Assembly: GCA_964538435.1 (NCBI GenBank)
Contig: CAZIDX010000001.1
Coordinates: 203,304-267,303, forward strand
DNA: 64,000 bases
From: an uncultured Gammaproteobacteria bacterium
GTDB taxonomy: Bacteria; Patescibacteriota; Patescibacteriia; UBA9934; GWF2-40-263
Reading direction: 5' to 3'
Positions within the stretch are counted from its first letter, which is position 1, and each line of letters starts with the position of its first letter. A program made the translations under genes and the position numbers. The notes below the pieces were generated by a model. That model ran no database searches, was not told the DNA's origin, and saw only the letters and a list, made by a program, of their open reading frames with translations. This document shows positions 17,363 through 25,828 of this stretch, piece by piece.

Positions 17363-17778
17363 AGCCGTGCTTGCAAAAACCCCACAACCAACGGAATCGA
17401 AAACGGTGCCAAGAGCGATGTGATAACTGTCAGCACAAGAGCCATCCCAACCTTCCCACCAAGCACCTCAACAAGCAGTGGCGCTGTCATCCCAATCGGC
17501 ATGGCTGCCAAAAGAAGCAGTCCAATAGCAAGCGACGGCGCGGCAAGCGAAGCAACAAGATAAACAATCGCAGGAAAAACAATCAGGATCGCCACCACAG
17601 GAATAATGAGCTCATACACATTATCAATCTCCTTCCAAACCTTCTTAATATCAATCTTCAAGCTCGTCAAAAAGAAAATCACCTGAAGAAAAATTGTCGC
17701 AAATGGAGCCAAGAGAACCGTCTCGTTTGGCAAGAACAACCCACCAAGCAAAGCCAAAATGATAACAACTTGAAACAT
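17359..17778 (-). CDS. BASS/AEC-like sodium symporter family protein, N-terminal half (gene appears split)
   Basis: 139-aa polytopic segment. Stop overlaps the next start as ATGA. Confidence 0.45.
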   Translation of the reverse strand: MFQVVIILALLGGLFLPNETVLLAPFATIFLQVIFFLTSLKIDIKKVWKEIDNVYELIIPVVAILIVFPAIVYLVASLAAPSLAIGLLLLAAMPIGMTAPLLVEVLGGKVGMALVLTVITSLLAPFSIPLVVGFLQARL

Positions 17779-18040
17779 ACCCTCCTATTGTATCAGAAGA
17801 AATGTTATTCTGGTGTATATGACCTACTCATTCGAAACCATCCTCTTCTTCCTCCTCCTCATCGACGCAATCGGCGCCAATCTTTTGTCATGGGGTGGCG
17901 GTGAGAAGTGGTGGAACAAACATCTTCGCATTTTCAGTCGTTACTTCCCTGCTGCAAAGGGCTGGACAAGCTACTATCTAGTACTCGTTCTCCTCATCGG
18001 CTGGATCCTTCACTCACATGGCGCCTTTTCAGCCTAATAT

Positions 18041-18280
18041 ATGAGCACACCAAAAATCATCGGCCTTGGCCTCCTGGCTCTGGGCTCCTTAATGCTAATC
18101 GCTTTCGGTCTCTACGAAGCAGGTCTAGAGCTCTGGTCAGATCCTGAAGTGCCTTTTCTTGTAAAGATCAGCTTAGGAGCACTCACCATTGGATTTCTTG
18201 TCCTGATAGGCGCTCTAGTAGCCGAACGTTTCAAAGATTCACAAAAAGCCAAACCATATGATAATGACCACAACCTTTGA
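18041..18280 (+). CDS. Small membrane protein (2 TM)
   Basis: Hydrophobic 79-aa ORF preceding the ybjQ-like gene. Confidence 0.35.
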   Translation: MSTPKIIGLGLLALGSLMLIAFGLYEAGLELWSDPEVPFLVKISLGALTIGFLVLIGALVAERFKDSQKAKPYDNDHNL

Positions 18281-18575
18281 TGTTCCAGGTCGCGAGATTG
18301 AAAAAACCTTCGGCATCGCACGCGGCAACACCATCCGAGCAAAGCATGTAGGAAAAGACATTATCGCAGGTCTACGCACCATTGTCGGAGGCGAGATCAA
18401 GGAGTACATGGAAATGATGACGCAATCCCGAGAGCAAGCCATCGCCCGCATGATCGAAGACGCAGAACGAATGGGAGCCGATGCTGTCATTGGTGTACGC
18501 TTCACAACCTCCCAAGTCATGTCCGGCGCAGCCGAACTCATGGCCTACGGCACCGCAGTTAAACTCAAAAACTAA
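18258..18575 (+). CDS. YbjQ/UPF0145-family protein (heavy-metal-binding-like domain)
   Basis: …DIIAGLRTIVGGEIKEYMEMMTQSREQAIARMIEDAERMGADAVIGVRF…. Confidence 0.7.
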   Translation: MIMTTTFDVPGREIEKTFGIARGNTIRAKHVGKDIIAGLRTIVGGEIKEYMEMMTQSREQAIARMIEDAERMGADAVIGVRFTTSQVMSGAAELMAYGTAVKLKN

Positions 18576-18593
18576 ACAGCAATTAAGTAACAC

Positions 18594-18622
18594 AAAAAAC
18601 TCACCATGGTGAGTTTTTGTAT
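18594..18622. terminator. Bidirectional terminator AAAAAACTCACCATGGTGAGTTTTT (palindrome CTCACCATGGTGAG)
   Basis: Perfect 14-bp palindrome with A and T runs, between convergent ybjQ-like and greA genes. Confidence 0.7.
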
Positions 18623-18705
18623 ATATCCGCTTTTGCTAATTTTAGAGAAAAGTTCAGCTTATCCACAACAACATTTATTCACCATGGTGAAGAAATGTCG
18701 TCATT

Positions 18706-19209
18706 TTAATTTGCATCAATCACTTTAAACATCTTCTTACTCACCTCATTCTCGATCTCCACCTCATCTCCCACCACCTTCCCAATCAACTCCTTCCCAA
18801 GCGGAGACAAGTACGAAATCCTTCCTCGCATTGGCTCTGCCTCCTGCTCCCCCACAATCTCATACATAAACTCTCGCCCCTCACTCTCGAGCCTCACGCG
18901 CGCTCCCAAACCAATCTTCCCGTCCTCACCAAGACCTTCATCGATTGGGATTGCGACCTTAAGTTTCTCCTCAAGAACTGTAATCCGATTAAGCATCCTT
19001 CTGAGCTTTGCCTTAGCCATCTGATACGCAGCATTCTCAGAAAAATCCCCCATCTCTCCAGTCCTCTGCACCTCTGCCCGCGCCTCAGGCATCTCTGCCT
19101 TAAGCCGATCAATCTCATCCTTCATTCTCGCGATCTTGCTCTTAGTCAAATAATTGTCTTGCTTTTTCAGCTTCTTAAGCTCCTCTCGACGTCGTTTCGG
19201 TACACGCAT
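18706..19209 (-). CDS. greA: Transcription elongation factor GreA
   Basis: …RTGEMGDFSENAAYQMAKAKL…RITVLEEKLKVAIPID… Start chosen at MRVPKRR (ATG 19207-19209). An upstream ATG at 19248 is possible. Confidence 0.75.
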   Translation of the reverse strand: MRVPKRRREELKKLKKQDNYLTKSKIARMKDEIDRLKAEMPEARAEVQRTGEMGDFSENAAYQMAKAKLRRMLNRITVLEEKLKVAIPIDEGLGEDGKIGLGARVRLESEGREFMYEIVGEQEAEPMRGRISYLSPLGKELIGKVVGDEVEIENEVSKKMFKVIDAN

Positions 19210-19210
19210 A

Positions 19211-19600
19211 CTAATCTTCGTCCTCTTCATCAAGTGGGTCATATGCATTGTCCCACGTTTCTCGAGGATGACTCATCTGATGCGCGTACGCCTGTTTCAC
19301 ATGCTCTTCGGCACGAATCTCATCAAGTGCTTTCCTGTGTTCCTTGTCTTCTTTTTCCTTTATCTTCATCTCTTTCCACTCAGGAAGTTCACGCAGCGCA
19401 TCCCAAACCTGATCTCGAGTATCTGCATTGTTTCTCAATCCTGCGTTTTTCAACGCCCTTGAGATCGCTGAAATATCACGTTCAAACTCCCTCACCTTAA
19501 TCCAATGCAAAGCTTCTTCCGCAGCACTAAGCACAGCCCGATCATGAGGTGTAAGCCTTTTTTCTGGCGGAACGTACCCTGGATTATCTCCTTTAGCCAT
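19211..19600 (-). CDS. Hypothetical acidic protein
   Basis: Intact 129-aa ORF. Confidence 0.4.
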   Translation of the reverse strand: MAKGDNPGYVPPEKRLTPHDRAVLSAAEEALHWIKVREFERDISAISRALKNAGLRNNADTRDQVWDALRELPEWKEMKIKEKEDKEHRKALDEIRAEEHVKQAYAHQMSHPRETWDNAYDPLDEEDED

Positions 19601-19601
19601 A

Positions 19602-20894
19602 TCACTTTTTCCTAATTGACAACATTAAATCAGAAATATTGATCCCTGTCATACCGGTCCGAATGTGAGACCTGGTTCCCACAAGAAAATCGTGAGACTG
19701 ATTCATCTCAAGCGCCTTGGCCGCACTCAAACCTTTCTTCTCAGCCCTAAAAAGCGTCTCCTCATCCGCAAACCCACCTGCAATCGACGTATGATCGATT
19801 CCATCTGAGTTAAGCGACGCAACCAAGTGTTTCTCTTCGAGGTGATCAAGCGCCCCAATCGCCACTTCTTGATTCCTTCCACCCTTTCCTGGTCTAAGCA
19901 CAGTCACCGTTGTCTCTCCTGCGGCTATGACAGCCTCTCCGGCGTGTGTATTCTTTGCCAAGAACTCACCAACCTCCCTAGCTTCACCTTCGAGTTCATT
20001 TGTAAGAATCGTTGACGTGTAACCAAGCTTCTTTGCCTTCTCCGCCATGGCAGTAGTTGCAATCGAGTTGCTCACCAAGATCACGTTGTACACATGTCGA
20101 AACGACTTAGAATCTTTGGGAGTCTCATGAAGCCCCTTCACAGACATCTTGTACTTTCTCAAAACCTTCTTAGCATCAACAACCGTTGTCTTGTCGAGCA
20201 CGGTCGGCCCTGAAGCAATCATGGATAGATCGTCTCCTGGCACATCAGAAAACACAAGGCTCAAAACCTTTGCTGGATGAGCCATCTGAGCAAACTGCCC
20301 TCCCTTGATATCGCTTAGATGCTTGCGAACTGTATTGAGCTCGTGAATGTCAGCACCTTTTTTCATGAGCTCACGACTTACCGCCTGCATCTGATCACAC
20401 TCAAGGCTGTGAGGCATGCACAAGAGTGCACTCCCACCACCAGAAATGATCGTGATGAGCAAATCTTTCGAATCCAAACCCTTCAAAAGCCCCATGATCT
20501 CTCCAGTGGCCCTGATGTTCTTTTTACTCGGAAGCGGATGTGTTCCTGCTACCGATCGAATCCTCTTAAGCTTAACACGCTTCACATCAACCACAATCCC
20601 ATCTGTAATCCGATCTCCCAAAACCTTCTCAAGCGCCATAGCAGCCTGCCCTGATGCTTTTCCAATCCCAACCACCAATACACGATTAAATTTTTTCAAA
20701 TCGTACGTTTTCCTCCCAATTGACAAGATCCCCCTCGAAAGCTTCAATTGCCCAAGCACCGCCTTTTGCGTATCAACTGCATCAAGTCCAGCCTCCAAAA
20801 TCGCCATGGCATCGCGCCGCATCTTGGTTGTGCCAAGCATTTTCCGATTCTTAATCCATTGTTTTTTCATACACAGACATTCTATCAAACCCAC
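19602..20894 (-). CDS. Glycerate kinase, MOFRL family (GckA/TtuD-like)
   Basis: …VVGIGKASGQAAMALE… and C-terminal …GGETTVTV…GGRNQE… pattern. Confidence 0.65.
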   Translation of the reverse strand: MGLIECLCMKKQWIKNRKMLGTTKMRRDAMAILEAGLDAVDTQKAVLGQLKLSRGILSIGRKTYDLKKFNRVLVVGIGKASGQAAMALEKVLGDRITDGIVVDVKRVKLKRIRSVAGTHPLPSKKNIRATGEIMGLLKGLDSKDLLITIISGGGSALLCMPHSLECDQMQAVSRELMKKGADIHELNTVRKHLSDIKGGQFAQMAHPAKVLSLVFSDVPGDDLSMIASGPTVLDKTTVVDAKKVLRKYKMSVKGLHETPKDSKSFRHVYNVILVSNSIATTAMAEKAKKLGYTSTILTNELEGEAREVGEFLAKNTHAGEAVIAAGETTVTVLRPGKGGRNQEVAIGALDHLEEKHLVASLNSDGIDHTSIAGGFADEETLFRAEKKGLSAAKALEMNQSHDFLVGTRSHIRTGMTGINISDLMLSIRKK

Positions 20895-20952
20895 CTTGCA
20901 ATGAACACTCTGGAGGAATACACTTTAATTAGAATTATTAACAAAAAAACAT

Positions 20953-21339
20953 ATGGAAACCTCAATTTTCCTAGCTCAACTCATCGGGTTTACCTACCTT
21001 GTGATGGGTATTGCCGTTTTTGTGCGAGCCAAAGACATTAACCACATGATGAAGGACTTTGAAAAAAATCCTGGAATCATGTTCTGGGCCTCAGCAATGG
21101 CACTCGTTGCTGGAATGGCAATCGTGCTTACTCACAATGTCTGGGACACAACCTGGCAAGCCATCATCAGCCTCTTTGGTTGGCTGGCCCTCCTTAAGGG
21201 AATCTTCCTTGCAGTCGCTCCAAAGCCACTCCTAAAATTCTCAGGATTCCTACAGTCAGAAAAGTACGCAAAAATCTGCGGAGTAATCATGGTGCTCGTA
21301 GCCATCTACATCCTAGGAAGCGGCCTAGCCTGGTTCTAG
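20953..21339 (+). CDS. Hypothetical membrane protein (4 TM)
   Basis: Hydrophobic 128-aa ORF. Confidence 0.4.
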   Translation: METSIFLAQLIGFTYLVMGIAVFVRAKDINHMMKDFEKNPGIMFWASAMALVAGMAIVLTHNVWDTTWQAIISLFGWLALLKGIFLAVAPKPLLKFSGFLQSEKYAKICGVIMVLVAIYILGSGLAWF

Positions 21340-21342
21340 CCT

Positions 21343-21933
21343 ATGATCGAAGTTGAAAAGAAATTCCGTCTCGACCCAGATCAAGAGGCCAAGCTTATTG
21401 ATGGCGCAGAATTCATGGGTGAATACACAAACCATGACATCTATTTTGATCAAGACGATTTCCATCTGACAAAAGATTTTAACTGGCTGAGAAAACGCAA
21501 TGGAAGATTTGAACTGAAAAAGCGTGCCCACAAACTTCAACCTGCAGGATTCTCTGGTGTGTACATGTATGACGAGATAGAAGACGAAGCTCAAATCGCT
21601 GAGACTCTCGGAATTGCATACACTGGAAATCTCGAAACAGATCTCGAGACAAATGGATATCTCCCATTCTCTGAATATGTTGTAAGTCGACGAAGTTACA
21701 AACAAGGACTCTTTCGAATTGATTTCGATTCCTGTGATTTCGACTACACAGTCGTCGAAATAGAGCGCATGGTTGATTCAGACGATCAAAAACAACAAGC
21801 TCTAGATGAAATCAACGCATTTGCTAAAGAAATCGGAATCGATACCACCCCAGCCACTGGCAAACTCATCGAGTACCTCAAACGCTTTTCACCAGACCAT
21901 TACAAGATCCTGCAAGACGCAGGTGTTGTCTAA
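21343..21933 (+). CDS. CYTH-domain protein (triphosphate tunnel metalloenzyme)
   Basis: N-terminal IEVEKKFRL (the ExExK CYTH signature). Confidence 0.7.
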   Translation: MIEVEKKFRLDPDQEAKLIDGAEFMGEYTNHDIYFDQDDFHLTKDFNWLRKRNGRFELKKRAHKLQPAGFSGVYMYDEIEDEAQIAETLGIAYTGNLETDLETNGYLPFSEYVVSRRSYKQGLFRIDFDSCDFDYTVVEIERMVDSDDQKQQALDEINAFAKEIGIDTTPATGKLIEYLKRFSPDHYKILQDAGVV

Positions 21934-21937
21934 ACGT

Positions 21938-22582
21938 ATGAAACACGTATCACTTTTTCTCTTTGTTCTTTTGTTTACCGGAGCTGGATGTGTTCCAGCA
22001 ATCACCGACTCTCTCACGGACACAACCGACGCTGACGTAGATCTAGATAGCATGCCAGAATACAACGACTGCGTAACCACAACAGCACACGACAGCTGCA
22101 TTGACTCAGATGGAAACGACGAAGCCCTCATTGGAACCTGGCAGCTTGAATCCATCACTATCTCTGGAGCTGTCATGAGCTTCTCAGGCCACACCCTTGA
22201 AATCGATTGGGGCTCATTTAACACAGACTACTCAACCGAACAATACACAAGCCCAACCGTTCCAGAAGAATCTTGTTTCTTTGACGGATCCACACGAGGA
22301 TATCATTACGCTTCATCAGAAGTCGATACATCAGACCCACCAATCACCACCAACTATCTAGACATTGCAAAAACAGAAGGCAGTGTCACATCAACATGCG
22401 AAGCCGCAGAAACAACGGTCACTCAAGTCACAAACATGTCGCTTGGAACAGGAGCAGCAAACCCAACCGCCATGATCGAAGGAGCTGTGCTCTACACCTA
22501 CACCATGCCAGACGATTGGAGCACGCTTATCATGACCGCATCGCATGTGCCTGTAACATACACCTACACACGAACTCAGTAG
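21938..22582 (+). CDS. Lipoprotein (lipobox LFTGAGC), Thr/Ser-rich
   Basis: Start moved to MKHVSLFLFVLLFTGAGC. Confidence 0.5.
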   Translation: MKHVSLFLFVLLFTGAGCVPAITDSLTDTTDADVDLDSMPEYNDCVTTTAHDSCIDSDGNDEALIGTWQLESITISGAVMSFSGHTLEIDWGSFNTDYSTEQYTSPTVPEESCFFDGSTRGYHYASSEVDTSDPPITTNYLDIAKTEGSVTSTCEAAETTVTQVTNMSLGTGAANPTAMIEGAVLYTYTMPDDWSTLIMTASHVPVTYTYTRTQ

Positions 22583-22583
22583 C

Positions 22584-23465
22584 ATGACCCCAGCAGCAAA
22601 ACTTCTGCGTTGGTACAAAACACACGGCCGAGACTTGCCATGGAGAAAGACCCGTGATCCTTATCGTATCCTTGTTAGCGAGATCATGCTCCAGCAAACT
22701 CAAGTAAACCGAGTGATCATCTACTACAAAGAATGGCTCAAGCGTTTTCCAAACTGGAAGTGGCTTGCCAAAGCATCAAATGCAGATGTTATTCATGCAT
22801 GGGCAGGGCTCGGCTACAATCGCCGAGCTCTTGCACTGCGCGACATCGCCATCCACATCAAGAAATACGGCACCCCGCTCACAGAAGAAGCCTGGATGAG
22901 CATTAAGGGAATCGGTCCATACACTGCCGCAGCAATCAGCGCCTTTGCACAACAAAAACGCACACTCCCCATCGACACCAACATCAGACGCGTAATCGGC
23001 CGCCTGTTGCTTGGACGCCCTTTTCCTGGACTTCGGGACGATTTTCGCATAAAAGCCGTTTCAGACGCATTTCTACCCCGCAGAGGGGCTTATTATGATG
23101 TCCCACAGGCCATCTTTGACCTCTCAACCTCAATCTGCAAAAAACAACCACTCTGCAACGCATGCCCGCTAAAAAATGACTGCAAGTCAGCAAAGGCATT
23201 CCTTTCTGGCAAAATAAAACCTGAGCGTCTTACAAAGAAACAAAACGAGCGTAAACATACAGGCAAGCGCTACCCAGACCGCATCTACAGAGGCAGAATT
23301 CTCAAACTCCTCCGCGAACAGAACTCTGTGCAGATCAACAAAATCGGTCCGCACATTGACCCAACATTTGATATAATCAAAGACGAAACATGGCTTCTGT
23401 CCATGATCAACCGCTTAATAACAGATGGTTTAATTGCCAAACATGGAAACATATTAACGTTATAA
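22584..23465 (+). CDS. HhH-GPD DNA glycosylase with 4Fe-4S cluster loop (MutY/Nth family)
   Basis: LPWRKTRDPYRILVSEIMLQQTQV… and CKKQPLCNACPLKNDC (Cx6Cx2Cx5C). Confidence 0.75.
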   Translation: MTPAAKLLRWYKTHGRDLPWRKTRDPYRILVSEIMLQQTQVNRVIIYYKEWLKRFPNWKWLAKASNADVIHAWAGLGYNRRALALRDIAIHIKKYGTPLTEEAWMSIKGIGPYTAAAISAFAQQKRTLPIDTNIRRVIGRLLLGRPFPGLRDDFRIKAVSDAFLPRRGAYYDVPQAIFDLSTSICKKQPLCNACPLKNDCKSAKAFLSGKIKPERLTKKQNERKHTGKRYPDRIYRGRILKLLREQNSVQINKIGPHIDPTFDIIKDETWLLSMINRLITDGLIAKHGNILTL

Positions 23466-23467
23466 CT

Positions 23468-23896
23468 ATGAATCAACCGAAACGACTTCAGTGGGAAGAT
23501 TCCTACAGTGTTAAAGTCGAAGAAATCGACAACCAACACAAAAAAATCATCACACTCATCAACCAGCTCTACGACGCAATGCTTGCAAATGAGATGGAAA
23601 CAACTGTTCACGACATCCTTGCTGAAATGCAAACATACGCTGACACACACTTTTCTACAGAGGAAAAATACTTTGACGAGTTCAACTACGAAGACACTGA
23701 AGCCCACACAAAAACACATGAGGCCTATCGAGAAAAAGTCCTCACCTTCATGCACATACTCGAAGAAACACCAGCAGACGGCATGACCGCATTCATGCTC
23801 AGTCTACTCTCGTTCCTTGAAGACTGGTGGATCGGCCACATCCTGCATAGCGATCAAGAATACGTTGAATGCTTTGTAAAAAACGGGCTATCATGA
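23468..23896 (+). CDS. Bacteriohemerythrin-like protein
   Basis: WEDSYSVKVEEIDNQHKKII…HFSTEEKYF…. Confidence 0.65.
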   Translation: MNQPKRLQWEDSYSVKVEEIDNQHKKIITLINQLYDAMLANEMETTVHDILAEMQTYADTHFSTEEKYFDEFNYEDTEAHTKTHEAYREKVLTFMHILEETPADGMTAFMLSLLSFLEDWWIGHILHSDQEYVECFVKNGLS

Positions 23897-24144
23897 CCGA
23901 GTTTAAAAAGCGCGTTTACGAAATCGTCCGCGCAATCCCAAAAGGTCGAACCTTGACCTACAAAGAAGTTGCAAAAGCTGCTGGACGCCCGCAAGCCTAC
24001 CGTGCTGTTGGAAATATTTTAAACAAGAACTACGACCCTGCGATTCCATGTCACAGGGTCGTTCGTTCTGATGGAACAGCTGGTGGCTACAATCGAGGGG
24101 AGGCCCAAAAACAAGACCGCCTTCACGAGGAAGGGGCCTTGTAG
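23893..24144 (+). CDS. Methylated-DNA-protein-cysteine methyltransferase DNA-binding domain protein (MGMT family)
   Basis: …IPCHRVVRSDGTAGGY… (active-site PCHR). ATGA overlap with the previous gene. Confidence 0.7.
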   Translation: MTEFKKRVYEIVRAIPKGRTLTYKEVAKAAGRPQAYRAVGNILNKNYDPAIPCHRVVRSDGTAGGYNRGEAQKQDRLHEEGAL

Positions 24145-24473
24145 GTGAGGACTCCGTTGCGCTAACTTGGCTAAGGGAAGTCGGACATCCCGCTGCGCGG
24201 GACGCATTTCAGAAACGTTCGGTTCAGCAATTACCAATCCGTCGCCTCCGATGAGCTTGGCCCATAAGGACTTGCCGCGTAGCTCTCATGCTACAGACAC
24301 GTCTGAAGCAGTTCTAAGCTATAAGCCATTTGTTTGCCCAAATTAGCACTGGGAGTCATTAATAGTTTAGCAACCCCAATCTCGAAACGCAAGGCAAACA
24401 AAAAACCCCACCTTTTGGTGAGGTCAACAGCCGAATCAAGGCTTGCTTGTCCCGCCAACGGCGGTGTTTTTTT
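24145..24473 (+). ncRNA. Candidate non-coding RNA or long structured 3' UTR (~320 nt, no ORF, ends in a strong intrinsic terminator)
   Basis: No ORF over 60 aa on either strand in a compact genome. Plus-strand terminator CCCGCCaacGGCGGtgTTTTTTT at 24451-24473. A minus-strand terminator for the sigma operon sits at 24398-24425. Confidence 0.3.
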
Positions 24474-24930
24474 ATCGAACTAAAATGACACCCTGAGGAG
24501 AAATCGGCACAAACTTCACAACCTGCTCTTGAGCAGCTTCAGCAAAGTCTGCAAGCGCAACTAGAGGAGCATCTGGATCACTCATGAAATCTGACGCAGG
24601 CACTGTCCCAACATCCACACTTGCAACCTCAGGAGCTGGAATGGCTTCTAAAACAATGTTCGCACCAGCACTGCTTGGCTGCGACTCGATTTGCTGAGTC
24701 GGAGCCAGTGTTGTTGCCATAAAGACAAAGACTCCCACCATAACCGTCCCTGCAACAAGCGGAGCTGAGTACGTAAACACAAAATCCCAACGAGACTTTT
24801 GCCTAGACGACTCAAAATGTTTAGAGCGAAGCAATGCCCGACGGAGCTCATAGCGATGCACAGTATCCTCATGCATCTCTTCACCCATACGCTCAAGCAA
24901 TTCTTCAATTTGAACCTTTTTATGTGTCAT
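24472..24930 (-). CDS. Anti-sigma factor-like membrane protein (single TM)
   Basis: Position immediately downstream of the ECF sigma gene. One central TM helix. Confidence 0.45.
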   Translation of the reverse strand: MTHKKVQIEELLERMGEEMHEDTVHRYELRRALLRSKHFESSRQKSRWDFVFTYSAPLVAGTVMVGVFVFMATTLAPTQQIESQPSSAGANIVLEAIPAPEVASVDVGTVPASDFMSDPDAPLVALADFAEAAQEQVVKFVPISPQGVILVR

Positions 24931-24937
24931 ATGTAAG

Positions 24938-25561
24938 TTAAGTGGCGGATGTTTGTCTGATTACCTTCTTTCCTTCAACAACTTCTTTTTTTGCTTCCTC
25001 ATCTTCCAACATGAGTACCTGCAGCTTCTTGATCGATCTATGAATATGAGACTTTACTGTCCCTTCCTTCATTTTCATCACATTTGCAATTTCTGGAACC
25101 GACATGTGTGAGAAGTACCTGAGCGTAAGAATATTTTGCTGTTTTTGATTGAGCTGCTTCATCACCCTGGCAAGCAAGGACACCTGCTCCTGAAGCTCAT
25201 CCGCATCCTCCCCCATTCGAAACGCGATATCAGGCCTGAACTCTTCCCTTCCAACAATCTCTGGCGCCTCATCTGTTGTGACCTCAAAAATCTTTGATCT
25301 TTTCCTGTAGTAATCACCCACCCTTGCCACAGCAATGGCGAACAACCACGATTTAAACTTCTTGCCTTTCTGGGGCTTGTACTTGTTCAAATTTTTCAAA
25401 GCCTGAAAGAACGTCTCGCTTGTTAAGTCCTTTGCAACCTCTGCATTGCCCGTGCGGTTGTACATATAACCAAAGACTGGTTGGTAGTACTCATCGTACA
25501 GCCGACCAAACGCCTCTGGATCATTTTGAGCATGGGCAATCACCTCCTGTTCATTTTCCAT
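24938..25561 (-). CDS. ECF-type RNA polymerase sigma-70 factor
   Basis: Region 2 (…YYQPVFGYMYNRTGNAEVAKDLTSETFFQALKNL…) and region 4 (…LTLRYFSHMSVPEIANVMKMKEGTVKSHIHRSIKKL). Confidence 0.8.
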   Translation of the reverse strand: MENEQEVIAHAQNDPEAFGRLYDEYYQPVFGYMYNRTGNAEVAKDLTSETFFQALKNLNKYKPQKGKKFKSWLFAIAVARVGDYYRKRSKIFEVTTDEAPEIVGREEFRPDIAFRMGEDADELQEQVSLLARVMKQLNQKQQNILTLRYFSHMSVPEIANVMKMKEGTVKSHIHRSIKKLQVLMLEDEEAKKEVVEGKKVIRQTSAT

Positions 25562-25743
25562 ACCCGCACGGGTTGGTTATTAGTTGTTAATACGGGGTAA
25601 GCCGTCTAGTACGAGGGGTATCAGACCCGCGGTTCTCGGGGGAAATACCGCGAGCCTGTCCTCCAATTGCACTCGAACATGCGTTCGACCTTGCACTAAC
25701 TATATCGCAAGTATAGCAAAAAGGTTGCACTCTTAATCAATAC

Positions 25744-25772
25744 TTGACAAAAAAACCCATTTTCGATAGTTT
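25744..25772 (+). promoter_or_regulatory. Sigma70-like promoter TTGACA-17-TAGTTT upstream of the radical-SAM gene
   Basis: TTGACA at 25744-25749, -10-like at 25767-25772. Confidence 0.4.
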
Positions 25773-25773
25773 T

Positions 25774-25822
25774 CTCTCTCCCGCACTAAAGAAAGAGGAC
25801 CCTCTTTAGCGCATGGAGAGAG
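25774..25822 (+). promoter_or_regulatory. Long hairpin (CTCTCTCC…GGAGAGAG) sequestering the RBS of the downstream gene
   Basis: 8-bp outer stem plus inner stem AAAGAGGacCCTCTTT. GGAGAGAGG is the RBS for the ATG at 25829. Confidence 0.45.
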
Positions 25823-25828
25823 GTGACA

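Noticed and set aside
17323-17904. 193-aa plus-strand ORF
   Set aside because: Antisense to the BASS transporter halves. Lys/Arg/His-rich low-complexity translation.
24145-24473. tmRNA or RNase P RNA assignment for the ORF-free region
   Set aside because: Only partial resemblances (an ANK-like tag start, a P4-like AGGGAAGTCGG). There is no acceptor/T-arm pairing, no …CCA 3' end in the right place, and the conserved elements are too close together. Kept only as an unclassified ncRNA candidate.
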